Shown: positions 1 to 15,600 of the stretch, in pieces
Numbering within the stretch: the first letter of the stretch is position 1
How the letters are laid out: each line of letters begins with the position of its first letter
Assembly (NCBI RefSeq): GCF_026571515.1
Contig: NW_026866660.1
Span: 1-64,000, forward strand
Reading direction: 5' to 3'
Source of the DNA: Ruditapes philippinarum
Taxonomy: Eukaryota
DNA: 64,000 nucleotides
Position numbers and translations under genes: made by a program
Notes under the pieces: generated by a model
What the model was told of the DNA's origin: nothing
What the model saw: only the letters and a program-made list of their open reading frames with translations
Database searches by the model: none

Positions 1-624
1 TATTTTGATTCTTGATCAATGAAATATTTTGCAGGAACGTTTTTTAGATGGTCTTTCAACTGTGGATTTAGTTTGGGGACGATATGTCAAAGTCACAAAT
101 GGTAAAAGTTTATTTCATGCTTGTGCTTATTTAGTCCTTATTTATTGACAAACGTCTTACATATTTGATCATAGTAATAGGTCCTCAAACTTTGGTTGGT
201 ACTTTAGGTGATAAAGTTAAACGTCAATGTATTGTGATGCGTATGTTTCATTTACATTTATTCTAAAGTTGAATATTTTTCTTATTTATAACGCGTGTGT
301 TTTGTATTCAATTTCTCTTTTTTCATAAAAATGGTTAAAGAATGTGGAATGACTATAATAAATACATGATGCTGAAGGAAAGATGACAAACATATAAAAA
401 AATTAATAAAAAGGTAAAAAAAATGCAAATTAACATGATTTCAAATCAAACTTTCGTGAAATTGATTAAAATTAATATAAAGACACATTCAATGAGTAAT
501 TAGAAAATCATTAATAATTGAGAGCCTTCAGATATCTAAAGATAATTTTAAATGGTGCTGTTGCAATTATTTACGAAAATAGGAACATTTTCTCAGTGGT
601 TATAATCAAATTATACCTTCTTAC

Positions 625-3600
625 CTTCCACTCTTACTGTCATCTTTGCATCTGCATTGAATGGTACCACTTCATTTTTAGCAAGACATTTATAGATACC
701 CTCATCTTCATTTTTAAGAGAATGAATCATCAACTTGCCCATTACACCCTCATATTCAAGGATATTAATCCTACTGGTAGTTTCAATCTCTTTCTCATCT
801 TTGAACCAAGATACAATTGGTGTAGGGTAACCAGAAACTTTACATTTTAGCTCGAGGTTATCACCCGTAACCATATTCTTATCACTGTCATGAGATTCTA
901 TTTTTGGACTTGCTGCATATAAAATCAAAAAGATCCAGTGACTCTCGATAATAAATAAATGTTTTTGTTATCATATATTATGATCATTCGAAGTTTAGAT
1001 AATTTCAATTATACAGTTATCATTTGTGCTACATACTTATAAGTAACCATCGTAGGTATGGTCATATGTTTACCTTAAGATTTATCAAGTTGAACTAGTC
1101 TACTTTTAGGGAGTAAGGTTTACGTGTTTTAAGTTTCAGATATTTTACAGAAATTAGATTCATTCCATCTTATAGTGTAAAAGGATATGCTAGTTAATTT
1201 GATAGGCAACAATACACTTCTTTTATTTGTTTTATTCATTAATAACACCGATTACCATTGGTGCTATATTTTGGCAGTCATTATCATTCGATAAATTAAA
1301 TAATACAATATCATTTAAGGACGAGAATTTTACAATTTAGTTAAAGGGACATTTTTGAAAGGGTAAATATGCGAACTCACCTTTTAGGTAAAATGGTTTG
1401 ATACGGACAGTCTGTTTCTCCACCATAGAGGTAGGAAACATAACTACAATGCATTGATATGCTCCCAAATCTGCTCGTGCTGCAAATATTATTTAGAATA
1501 TATAATTCCTTGAATTTTAGAAGAATGAACTTCTTTTAATGATTAATAAATTAACATGCTGAAAAGTTTGTTATTTGTTTAAATGTTTCAGGATTAGTCA
1601 TTATTTAAACGATTCGCATACTCTTATCTTGCACCGTCATATATGTTATTGTATTAGAAAAGAAATTGCTTGGTTACCGTATAAGTGGTTTTTTCTGAGG
1701 GCTCCAAATTAAGATATAACAATTAAATATAAACCAGACAACAATTAGAGTATAAGACTATTATTTAGCAGAGTGAGGGTTAAAATAGTTTAAAAGATTT
1801 AATGATTAACAAACCTTTCAGCGTCTCAGCAAACACTATATACATGTATGATGTTTAAAAATCTTCATTCACAAGTTCGCATAATTTAAAAATAAGAACA
1901 TTCTTACAAACGCACATGCATACTTAGCCGACAGAAATTAAATAAAACTCGATGACCCGCCAAGCATTATAATTCCTTACTCGTTATTACATAGACGAAA
2001 CAGGTAGTGTAATAATAAATAATATAGGACACATATCGTAACAGGTTAAAAAAACAAAATGAAGAAATACTCTGCGGATTTTAATTCTGCGCTGCTGAAA
2101 TTAATCGCAGAATACGCAGAAATAAAGTCCCGCAGAAAAAAAACAACTTATACGGTAACACAAATGTACTCGGCCCAGATTCACGTTTGAATAAAATTAT
2201 TACATTTTCACAAAAACAAAAAAAAACGTTTACCCATTCAAAGAGTTTGGGACAAATTGCTGAAAAAGCTACAGTTATATAACTTGACAGAGTTACTGAC
2301 TTGACTATTGTTAATGCGAAACATTAATACTGACATATAATTGCTATCAGATGAAGTTGAAATATATTCAACTTACAAGTAACAGCTTATCAAACATATA
2401 TACATTGACCTTGAACTCAGTATCTAAACACTCCATTCAAACTTAATAAACCATCTAAGGTGATATGTTTTTCCAAATATGGTAAAAAATAAAGGCTGTG
2501 GAATAAAAATGGTAAACAATATATTGTTTGCAAAGGTGACATTGATGTTGTGACTTCTGACTCTGGACAATCAAGGTATGTTCCTTCCAAATATGAAAAC
2601 TATCAATTATTTAAGGCTATATAAGCAAACGTTAAATCGATTTTAATGATCTTAGCCTTGACCCAAATAACCCCTAGTTACACCAATCGAACAAGACCTC
2701 CCTAGGTACGTTCCTTTAAAACATGACATCAGTTTATAAATAAAGAATGTATGAGCAAAAGTGTTAAAACTTGCACCAGTGACCTTGACATTTACCCAAA
2801 ATCACCTACACTCAAAAATACGTTACATGACTATAACAGTCATCAACTTTAGAAATATGGAAAATATCATTCAATTAATGAAGCTTTAAGAAAAGCTTAC
2901 AGATAAATTCAACATGCCGGAATAGGTAAACTATATACTTATTTTCGAAGTGATAAGAATGGAAATAACTGGGAAAAGTGAATAGCAAACCAATATAACT
3001 TGACATGTAATTTGTATTGACAACAAAGTATGTAAAGTGTGGGAATAGTGCAGATATAACAACAAATATATAAGGTTAATCATATCAATTTACTTAGTGT
3101 TCAAAAGCGTAATAACTTGAACAAAGGAAGCCAGAATTAGTTTTTGTTGTTTTTTACTTGCAAAGATCATGTACTTTATAAATAAGGTTATACATAATGA
3201 GGCATTTGGTATAGGTAGAACTCAAGACATGTCTATCTTGTTGGTTTATGTATTGATCTCGTTCGAACAGGTGTTTTGTTTTCATTACGATAGTCCCCTT
3301 TCCATATTCAACACAACGATAAGTTGACGGACGGTTCAATTTCCATATGCCCTGAATATAAAAACATGTATTACTATTTACTTTAAAAAAACACGAGAGA
3401 TTCAATCTCGCCCATGAGGTCTTTGGATCCGGTTTTTAAGTTCACTTGCTCCTTACCGCTGTGGGTTCAAATCCCGTCAGATATTTTGGATTATTCCATG
3501 TGGTTAGGTTATCCAGGCAGCTTACGAAGGTTATTATACACAGGTGCCGATTCGTGTCTGGAAGAATGCACAATGTTAATGGACACTTACTTCTAGAGTC

Positions 3601-6600
3601 AAGATGGTCACCACATGACCGTTACTATATCCTTGTATTTTAAAATCCAATCAAAACGGCTCACTCGGCTTTTGCAAATGCAGGGTTGTAATCAACATTG
3701 AAAAGGTTGAATATAAAGGAAAAGTCGAAAGTAGTGTTAACATAGCAAGTATGTACTGGTACATGTTTTGAAAATGATCAAGGTTGAATTAGCTTCTTAG
3801 TGTGTCATGGTAGCGGTATTACAATTATTCAATTATTTCTACTACAAAACATTCTTTATTCTTATAACTTAACTAGGGAAAAATAATCATAAATACATGT
3901 ATAATAAAAACTACAGACAATCATTACTTGGTTTGGAAATTTGCAGAGTATTGTTGCTTATTTCGTATTTATCACCCTCTACAATGTGTGTCCCATTTCG
4001 TTCCCAGGAGATTGTGTGTTCGATATCTAGGACAGTTTTGATGTTTATATTACATAGAAATTCCACAGTTACTCCATCCTCCTCCTGTAACTCCACATCA
4101 ACTCCACTAGCTGACAGTAACAAATAGCAAAATAAATATTAGTATTTCAAATCGGTGTCCGGTTATAATAACAGTCGCAATAGGGAATTTGAATTAAGGT
4201 AGACCATGGGTAATGCATTTCTTCCATTTTGAAGAGTTTTCAAATAGACTACAATCACTTGTCAAGTACGCACATTGAAATTTAGGGGCGTGGGTTCAAA
4301 ACACAGAAGGCACAACTTTTATATGTTTCATTTTTTTCTTTTTAACATTATCTATATATAATAATTGTTGGCATTTATTTGCTAAATAGGTAGACCATTG
4401 GTAATGCATCACTTCCATTTTGAAGAGTATTCAAATAGGCTACAATCACTTGTCAAGTACGCACATTGAAATTAAGGGGCGTGGGTTCAAAACACAGAAG
4501 GGACAACTTTTATGTTTCATTTTTTCTTTTTAACATTATCTATATATAATAATTGTTGGCATTTATTTGCTAAATAATGTTAAGGTTCATAGCAAATTTG
4601 ATATTTTCAAAGTTGAATAAAATAACAACTGTAGCGTTTACCGAGCTGTTGACTATTTATCTATTGCTACAAAATAAAATCTAATCATTTTTAGTATTCT
4701 TAAATGCAAATACATGTTATTTTTCCCGGGATATTTATCATAATGATTGGAAAATAACTAAAAAACACTATTCATTGCAAAATAACAATCTTAATCTATT
4801 TCTAAAATCTATCAAAAATATGTATTTCAAGAAATAATTTATTTACTGAAAAACTATTCTCAACCTAATATCATTCTTAAGCTTAACCTATCCTTCATCC
4901 CCTACATTTACATTTCAACCATCTCTTATCCTACATTCATTTCTAAAGATACACTACTTCAAACATTGATAACAACAAATAGTTCCTAATAAATTATTTG
5001 TCTTATAAATATAGCTTATAGATTTCTGTGTACTACTAACTATAATCTTTCAATTCAATTCGAATATTTCTCATCAACCGTTGGCCCGACTGGTCTTACT
5101 GAAACAATAGAACACTTCAGTACCAGATATTTGAAATTTCTGTGTACAAGAAAATGTTACTATCATTACGATCCGACTCTTACGAGGACATAACCAAACA
5201 AACTTTAAATATCTATTCTCCAAACATACTTCAACTTAAACATTCATCCAGAGGTTTGACAGAAATAGCAAAGCGTCCTAAAAGTCAGATATCTATGTTT
5301 TTACTACGACGTTCCCTTCTATACACAGACATATTCAGAATACCTAAAATTAAATACCAATATCTCAAACTTTCTTTAGTCAAACGTTTGTCCATGAGGT
5401 TTCACAGAAACAGCAAGATATTTTTAGCACCAGATATCTGAGATTTTGTGTACCAGTAAATATAATACAGCTCTGGTCTTCCCCACGGACGAAACCAAAT
5501 TGACTCTTTATCGCGCTCGCTCTATATAAACTAGTGATTGCACCATCTCCGCAGTGAATAAAAACAATGATTTTGATTGGCTAATAAAAATAAAACATTT
5601 CAGGATACTGATTCTAACAAAATCTTATAAGCGTCTGTTACTTAAAGTTATTTCTGCTATGAACTACTGTAACTAATAAACAATTTCAAATACAAACACT
5701 TCGTATAAAAGGCAATTGGCAATTGGCAATAATAATTCGTTATATATTTTTACAAGAAACACTGAGAGAACATGTCTAGAATATTCTTAACTCTTTATTC
5801 TACATTATGTTATGTTTGACGTCAATGAATAAACAATAATATACATATATTTTTTTCTCTCAAAGAAATTCAAGTGTGTCTCCTTTTTCAATTTTGAATT
5901 TACTGCATACACAAAAGTTTAACATATCCCCTAAAGACAAATTATAATGGAATTAATTGCAAGCGTCCAAAATAATTCTTTAATCAAAATAATTGAGTGA
6001 CAATATCATATTTGCAAGAATAAATCATTGTAAAAATACTACTTTGTGTACATTAATTTCATACAGAAAAATTACTATAATTTGGTTCTAAATAATTACC
6101 CTGGTATTAATCATACAGTATTAAAGCCAAATAGCTTTCATCAAGCGGTTGAACCAATTTTGACAACATACTGCTGAGTTATGACATTTCACAGTCGGTC
6201 TAAATAAGATGAGCAGCAGAGTCGTTATTAAGAGGAGTGTTAAAATATGGATGGACTTAAAACGTTATATTGTTTAAAATAGCGAAAATACTTGGGAAAG
6301 GAAGGATATAGGGTAGATATCCGATTAACTTAACCTTGATACCACATTCATTAAAATCCGTTCATATGGTGAAAAGATTATTTTTTATGAAATCTATTAG
6401 GACAAAATTAACTGTATTTGTCATCAGTTATTCGTTGGATTCATTAATAAATTCAAATGTAAGTTAGTATTGACCAATTTGGTCAATGTCAAATTGCCGA
6501 ATGACAACGCGTCATTGTACAAGGCTTCTATAGTGCTTCTGAAGATGAAGTCGTTATGTTCCCCCGTCCTATTATACTCACCTAACCTTGCCCCTTTTAC

Positions 6601-9600
6601 AAAGCTAAAAAAATACCTTTTGAAGAAAATTCGTTCAGCGCAAACAGATGGGTTCGTCTTTAAAGTATACCTAAAAGGACTATAGAAATGCCTTCAAAGA
6701 TTGGATCTGGTGACAAAAACCTCGCAAATCAAACTTTACTTGTTTTGATGTATTGATAATAGAGCATATCTCGTTCACCTGCCACAATGGTGCCATAATA
6801 TACATCGGAATCGATCTCCGATTGTACAGATGAAGTGCATTAAAGAGTTTGAATTTCTATATATACGAGGGTTGTCCCAAAAGTCCGTGACAAATTTTAT
6901 AGCCGGTTCATTTTTAATGCCAATAGAAAATAATTCACATATATAACCGTTAAGTTTATTATTTAACATTACAACAAATCATTTACAAAAAATTTACCCT
7001 AGTTACTTAGAAATTTTCAGTATTAACGACATTGGTTTGAGATGCCGGCGCACGTCAAATAATTTACATTTTGTTATGAATAGGCTGAAATTAATTACGT
7101 ATATTTCAAATATCTAATGATGTGTCTGCACAATGTCACGTTGACTTCCTCTGCTGCTATGTTTAAATCATCTCTGAAAATTTTAGTTAAATAACTTAAA
7201 AAAACGAAAAAGATACGAATAAATGAAAATATCTCATATAAAATAGGAAAGTTAAAATGGCGACGTTCGAAGAATTTGCGGCGCAGTGAACATGTCACTC
7301 AGGTTTCATGACTATTTCGAGATGACACATGTAACGATTTTCAACAAATATACCAAATATAACAGTTAAGCAACATATTCTGAGCATTTGTGTACAAAAG
7401 GCATGAACGGAACCAGAGTTTTGAGCTACAAAAAGCGAAAATAAGGAAAACACGGATAGGAAGACCGATCTTCGTCGCCTATTTCCTATGGCTAAAAACA
7501 GGAGTAACGAGACCGGAAGTTCGCGTATAGCAAAAATTAACGTATGCCATCCAAACATTCAACAGACATTAACAACCACATGATTTAAGTCAGAAATTGA
7601 CGATTTATGGGTACCATTATTGCGTTGAGAGCCATTGAGAGTATTTGAGAAAGGCGCCTTATATAGATTTAACGCCGTCTTTGACGTTGGACGTGCGCCG
7701 CGATTCAGTTAGTTGCCATGGTGTTTATGGCATATTTTTGTTGTTTGTTGATATTTATCTATGAAAATTTGTGAAAATGTTTAAATTATATGGGTTTATA
7801 ACATATTAAAATATCATATTCGTACCTGTTTTATTTAGCTTTTAAACAATCTTGTCACAGAATATTGGGACAACCCTCGTACTATTAAAACTTAAGATAT
7901 TTAGGTCATATTGGAATCAACAAAACAAAATAGAAAAGCTAGCATAGTATGCATGAAATAAATATACCACAACTATCTATGAGAAATTGATGCCAATAGT
8001 TATGTATTAAAGACTCATTGTGACCTTAATTGAATCAATAGATTGGAATTTTGATAGTGAACAAGTATCCAAGTTTTCAGTGAGTATGTATTTTTAATTG
8101 TTAAGCCTCAGATGTGTTTAATATTGTACTATTGTTTTATAGTATATACTTTGTATTTCAAATGGCAGTCCAACTACAACCTTGTTAACAATTTGCTATT
8201 TTAAATACAAATCATTTTAGATAAAAGCGCTATTTTCTTTAGCATCTAATAAGGCTCTCACAAATTCTTCATATATAAATACACCATTATAGAACAAAAT
8301 GGTTCATTTTCTTAAAATTTGAAATTCACAATTATTATGTATTTAATTTATGGCTATATCTGCCTAAAAGCATAAAAACTATTATTGTTAAAGATTACGC
8401 GATAGAAAATCCGTCTTTGAAGGATGAAGTATATAAGAAAACTAGCACTTTACAATATTTTAAACAACTGTATATCATTATATGCTTTATTTCTGCTACA
8501 GAGCAAATGTCAGTTTTAAAAAAAGCTTTTCTTTAAACATTTAACAGAATTATCAAAAAGTCATATGTTCAAGTAAAAGGTATACAATTTATAGAAAAGA
8601 ACAAGAAAGAGTAGAAATAACCAAAAAGTATTGGGCCTACCAGTGAAGGTTATAACTTCAATCGAACTGTACATTCCCTCGCCTGTAGCTTTTTGGGCGC
8701 GACATTGATACTTCCCCCTGTCACTTGCATCAGTGACATTTTTTATTAATGTTGTTGTGGTCCTATATAACTTTAGTGACGCAATAAATGTTTCATTTAC
8801 AGTAACCTGTCAAAAACAAAAATATAATCTATTCAATCGTTAAGATAAGTTTTACAATAAGGGCTTTATGATAAAAATGTGTCATTAATTCCATAAGTTA
8901 ACTAGAAAGTATAAATTTTACAATTTCGATTTGTAAAAGAGTAAAGACTTATTTTCTTACATGATATCCACCAAAAGTACCCACTGGAAGCATGGTGCCA
9001 TCTTTATAAAAAATAGCTTTCACATAAGGTGTTCCCTTGAAGTGTACGATACAATCCAGTCTTAATTCGGCTCCTTCAAGTGTTAGCATATATGTCTTTT
9101 CTGGAACAATCGTTAGATCTATAACATACTGCCCTGTAATTAACATAGATATATCTAAAGATTACAACATCAATATGTGTGCAGCAGCATTGGTCAACAC
9201 AGCGTGTACACGGAACTATTCAACGCAGGAAAGGTGTAACAGAAACGCAAAATCTTTGCAAATATATTACATTTTTAACCTAATTAGTATATCTTTCGTA
9301 TTTAATAGAAATGTTCTGTTGGTAGTCTCTTAAATTTTGGTGGAATCTGGACCAAAGTCACCAGTGTTTTAAAGTTTTTTAACATTCTGACTTATGCAAT
9401 ATCTGTCAACGAAATATAACCTTAAATGGTCCGTTAGCACTATGGTCAATGTCAGATATAATTTGAAATAGTCGTATAAGGGGTCAGTTGCATGGGTTAC
9501 CAAATTGGTACATATCTTAAAGCTTTTAGTTAAGCTTGTGGACTTTGGCTCTTAGGTCAAGGTAACCGACGCTTAAAATTGATTTTTAAAGTTTTGCTTT

Positions 9601-12600
9601 ATATACAGTTTTTTGTTCTTGACTGGCAGGAACATTTTTTGGATATTATGTTTGGGGACGCAATTTTAATGTAACCATTGCTAAAAGTAGATTTCATGTT
9701 TTTGCTAATTTAGTCTTTTTTTTTTAATTGACAAATATCATATTTGATCAATATTGCCATGATTGTTAAATTTGGAACTTGTGTTTTGCGTAACTCAAAC
9801 TGGATATGACATAGAGTCATAAAACTTTACTTGACCGTTGGTCAGCATGTATAGTTGTGCATCAGTGGGTTTGTGGTTTGCTTGTTTTAATATTCTTTTA
9901 AACATACTTCAGGATATAAAATTGGATTTTGAAATTTTTAATATTGGGAAAAATCAAGGTGTAAACATTGGAAAATGTGGATGTCGAATCCATGCCAAAT
10001 CTTCTTATGGATGGTTGTAATGTATACTTTCCTTTGTTTTTTCCTCTATCATACTGTCTGCTGTACGTCAATTGACTGACAAAACAGTTGAGTACTGAGA
10101 GGGGCATACGTGTCATATAGATTCTAGTTAAAATTTGATGTAGAAAACATAGGAACTCTGCCTTTTTTGTCCATGGCAATATGAAAATTATTTATAATTA
10201 AGATAAATAGGAATGTCTTTATGATAACCGCCGTATGAACACATCTGCGGATGTTTCTAAATTCAAAATTTTACCGGTTTCGTGTTTAATGTTGAATTCT
10301 GCTTAAGTCGGTGCTAGGGGGCGTGGACGGTAACTTGCATTTTCCAGTACCGCCATGAACAGGCTCAATCAAACCGACCCTGCAACATTTTCAATTTTGT
10401 CGTGTTGGGCTTTCTTTAGGGATTCAGTTTGACTATATCTTATAATAATACATATTGTAGACACAGCTGAAATATGCATAACTGCATTGAATATATTGTG
10501 TTTTTGGGACGGAGGCCTTTATTTATAAAATTAAATGTTTTTTTTTTTTTGTTGTTGTTAGTAGTAGTAAGTATAAGAGGTAGTAATGCATGCCCAATAA
10601 ATATATTTTGGTATCAGGAAAATTATTTACTTTAAACGAAAAAAACATATAAATATAGTGCGCTGAAAGGAGAAAAAAAATTACGTTTTAATAATAAAGA
10701 TTTCTGATTTTAGTGAGTTACAATAATTGTTAGGAGGTTTATCTAATGGCATGGTAACTTTATGGACATACAATTTAAAAACATCAAAAACGTGTAACTC
10801 ATTTTTAGACAAAATGCAAATAAAAAAATCAATTCATATTTCTACAGCATTGTAATATGTGGTATTCAACTGCTTCAATGATAGAAAATCTTACCTTCCA
10901 CTCTAACTGTCATCTTTGCATCTGCATTGAAAGGTACCACTTCATTTTTAGCAAGACATTTATAGATACCTTCATCTTCATCTTCAAGAGAATGAATCAT
11001 CAACTTGCCCATTGCACCCTCATTTTCAAGGATATGAATCCTACTGGTAGTTTTAATCTCTTTCTCATCTTTGAACCAAGATACAATCGGTGTAGGGTAG
11101 CCAGAAACTTTACATTTTAGCTCGAGGTTATCACCCAGAACCATATTCTTATCGCTGTCATGAGATTCTATTTTTGGACTTGCTGTAAAGATGAATAAAA
11201 AAAATACAATGACTCTTGTCTATTCAAACATCAAGATTCTTGATTGCATGATTTGATAAACTTTATTGTACTTTCTGATATATTTCTATAATTAGCCCAA
11301 CAATCGCCCTTAAGAGATACAGACAGAAATACATGTAGTTTGATGCTATTTTTAAAAACTTTCCAAACATGATCAACTTACTATTAAGGATAGAAAAGTT
11401 TTAAAATGTTACGTTTGTCAAGTAACAAAGTTTAAAATATTGCAATTCCATGGGTTCTCAATAACTTGTAAAAAAGAAACAACATATTTCATCTATTATT
11501 CGATTTGCTGGTAAATAACACCGATTCCCATTGATGCAATGTTTGAGGAGCCTCTACCATTCTATAAGCCGACTTTATTGATTCCTCCCATGATATTTTT
11601 CAATATTCTAGATTGGATTTCAATAAAAATGAAAATAATTTATTGAAAAAAAAGTACAATTATTTTCTAAGTTATCATGTGAACTCACCTTTAAGGAAGA
11701 ATGGATTGATACGGACAGTCTGTTTCTCCACCATGGAAGTAGGGAACATAACTACAACGCATTGATATGCTCCTAAATCTTCACGTGCTGCCAAATATTA
11801 CACATAAGAGGGTCATTTAGTTGGCATGCAAAATATTCCAAAGTTTCTATGTTTTTTAATATTATAGTTCAAATGTTTCAGGATTGCTTAATGCTAAGAA
11901 GTTTTGATTTAGATTTGTTGCACTGAAAACGTGTATAATTAATTATGATTTTTCAAATAACCAAGCGAGAAACTCACAAGTGGGGCACTTTTTGGTTCGA
12001 TTCTTGTATGAACAATGATTTTTTATGCAAGGAAAATGCCTATCGTGCCTGAAATAATGCATGAAATGCACATGAGGTATTCCTGCTCGAGTTAAATCAC
12101 CATATAAAATTTGCTGTATTTGCATGTTTTAAAAAACCAAACAAATAGGAAAAGACGACACTCTGCAGGGATTTCCTATATTACAATGAACACTCATGTT
12201 TAATCATAACACGTGGAACATTAAAATTGTGAATAAGTATCAGGGACTGTCTTAAGTAAGGTTAGTAAATTAAAGAACAAATACAATATAATTATGAAAA
12301 AAATGTACTCGTTCTTTTTTTGGTTTAGCCGAGATTAAATGTGTATTGTAGTACTCTCGCAATTATTCACTACAAAGTTTTCTTCAATCAATTGTTGTAA
12401 TTTAATAAGGGAATTTAATACAAACAATACGAATTCAAGTAAGTAGGCAATGATTACTTGGTTTAGAGATTTGTAGAGTAGTGTTGGTTATTTTGTACTT
12501 ATCATCATCTGCCAGGCGTGTCCCATTTCGCTCCCAAAATATTGTATGTTCAACAACAACTTTGGCAGCTTTGATGTTTATAATACATGGGAATTCTGCA

Positions 12601-15600
12601 GTTTCACCGTCGTCCTCTTGTAACTCCCTATCAACTCCACTAGCTGACAATAAAAGATAGCATGGTTAAGTAAAATAACCTATATTTAGAAATAACATCA
12701 TACGAATTTTATGAGAATATTCTCATTCATGTCGGCAATTATTCTAATTATCATAACAAAATGTAAATCACACAACACTCATTTTTGTCAATCAATTGAA
12801 TCGTGGATGAGGGTTGAACAAGGTGACTAGAAGTCTAATGGTTGCTTGCCTAGTGGGTGATAAACAATCTGCTTGTGCAAAAAGGCCCATGCCCGTGTTT
12901 GTATGAAGTGTGTTAACGAAAGTGTTTGCCATGGAATATAGTATAGACACAATTATATTGTACAACTGAACGGCAGTAAAGGCTCTCATTATCTATATAT
13001 GGTATCAAAACTGAAGTGGGTTTTTTAGATCATTATGGAACAATGAGCAAAGCAGACAAGTAAGAGTGTCTGACAAATTAACCTGATATTTTAGGCATGA
13101 AGTGAAGATACCTTGACAGTATATAAGAAAATGATGCTAATATTTAGGGATGGCAACAAATACCAAAATCAATACTCGAGTACTCGGTCATTTTTCCGAT
13201 CAAGTACTCGGTTACTCGGATGACTTGCAATGATCTTTAAAGTTTTATCACACAATATTAAAACCGTCTGCATGCTATTTTCGTTTTCTATTTTAATTCA
13301 TAGAATTCATGACTATAAATAGGACTGCAAGAAATACATATATAAATATAAACATAAGAAATGTCAATGACAGAATTTATTATTTACCTATAAATGTTTT
13401 CCCTAAAATACAGGATGAACTTGAAGCGCAAATACGCTTCAACGGATAGAAAATTCCGTATTATGTTTGTGACAATTACGGTACCGTGTATGGAAGTGCC
13501 AGACTATTTTTGACGTAGGTTCCGATCTTAACTGCGTATGAACGTAGCATTTGGAAACGGAAACCAAAATTATAAAAGGCGTGGCCGTTTTTGCAAAAAT
13601 TACGTATTCATCCGTCGGTCATAAATCTTCATTTCATTTTCTGAAATTTATTATAAAAGTGTTGTATAATGAAAATCATCTATGATTCAAAAGAAAAGGT
13701 ATATAATAAAGGGAAAATTATGTTGTAGCAGCTTTCTGAGCCTATGCATTTTTCTACTCGCAATGTTGGAAAATTGATATTTCGCTCGACCTTCGGTCTC
13801 GCGAGATATCAATTTTTTCACCGCTGCTCGTAGCAAAATATAATGCTACAACATATTATTCCGTATATATTTACGTTTTGATATAGAACGTGTTTCGGCT
13901 ACAAACTGTCTTATATTTAAAGGTGATTAAATATCATAAGAGGCCGAATGATGTAAACGACACAGGACTGTGTTCAGTCAAACTGCTGGTCGCCTCGTTA
14001 AATTTAAGATATCATTTTCACACCTCTGCAAGGATGTTTTGATTGCATTTAAAAAGTATTTATACAGATACGTGTATATTATCGAATTTCTGAACTAATC
14101 TTTCTAAATAGCAAAAACGTAGAAAATTAATATTATTTCCAAGTTATCGAATATCAATTTGATAACCGATATTCGGACTTTTGATCGAGTACTCGTTTAA
14201 CCGGTTACTCGTTGCCATCCCTACTAATATTAAGAATCAAAGACTCAGTTATAAAACGATCATTTATCCTTTATTAAATTTCTACAATTTTAATTTCTTA
14301 AAAAAATCATTTTCTGTGCCCTGTACCATTCAAAAGTATTACTCAGGTCATATGGCAAGGTCATTTTAACATTCTCTACAATTTAACATTTACGAGAAAT
14401 ATAGTTATAGTGACTATTTATTTAAAATGGTAATCAAAATAACAGTTTGTTCACAATATTCACTAGTTTTATAACAAATGATTTCAGATTTATCGCTTTT
14501 AGTTACTTAACAATGGAGTTTAATAATAGTAATACAAATAAAATCAAATAAGCAAGATATTAAGATTCAGAGGTTCTTTATATATATAAACATGCATTTA
14601 TAAAAAAATTTGTCCCAATTTTTACACAATTAATTTTGTTATTTTGTCATTTTTCTGTGATTTTAATTTTTTTGCCTCGTAAACTTTCAAATAAAAACGT
14701 CAATAAATCAGAAAATATAATTTTATGTATTCACGAAAACCCTATTTAAACTGACGAAAGGAGTAGAAATAAAACAAAACTAAAGTATTTGGGCCTACCA
14801 GTGAAAGTTACCACTTCAATCCGATTCATTATAGGTTCCCGTCCTCTGTAGCTTTATTTGGACCCCCCGGGCGACATTCATAGCTCCGCCCCTATTTACT
14901 GGCATCAGTGACATTTTTTTTTATCAATTGTTGTGGTGGTTTTCCTATATAAGTCCAGTGGAAATGTGCAATAAAAAGTCTGACTTACAATTACCTGTCA
15001 GAAAAAAGCAGACACACAATCTATGAAATCGTTATGTTCACAGGTTTTAAGATAAAACTTAAGATGCAATTCTCTGTCATTACTACCATAAGTTATCTAT
15101 TTACTAATTTCTAAATATGTGAAGTAAAATATTGAAAAATTTATATTCTTACATTGTATCCATAATGTGTACCCACTGGAATCATAAGGCCATCTTTATA
15201 AAAGTTAACTTTTACATTTGTTGTGTCCTTGAATTCTACAATACAATCCAGTTTAAACTCGGCTCCCTCAAGAGCTAGCATATATGTCGTCTCCGGAATA
15301 ATCTTTATATCTATAACTGTAATAAACAGAGATATAGACAAATATATAATCACACCATCCATGTGATTTTATCTACATTTTAATGTTTTAGGCAATAAAA
15401 TGTGAAAAATTAAGCAAGTGGATTGAATTTTTTTCTTAATGTTTTCATGGTAATTATTTTTATTGCAAGTACCGTATTTGGAAAGGAATGAACACAAGTC
15501 ACAATGATTTGCTAGATTATATGCTAATAGACTCCCCTGCAAGATTTCAACTAAACAAATCCATCAAAGGATTATTTGATTCATTCGGATTGGCCCCTCC

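Noticed and set aside
518-850. Plus-strand ORFs 518-850, 3897-4127, 9037-9333 and 10857-11120
   Set aside because: Antisense shadows of minus-strand Ig exons.
3440-3490. tRNA gene suggested by GGGTTCAAATCCC
   Set aside because: No cloverleaf can be formed; it continues into a SINE body.
9140-10890. Separate signal or TM exon that would split gene A into two genes
   Set aside because: No hydrophobic exon with suitable splice sites was found by eye; cannot be fully excluded without transcripts.
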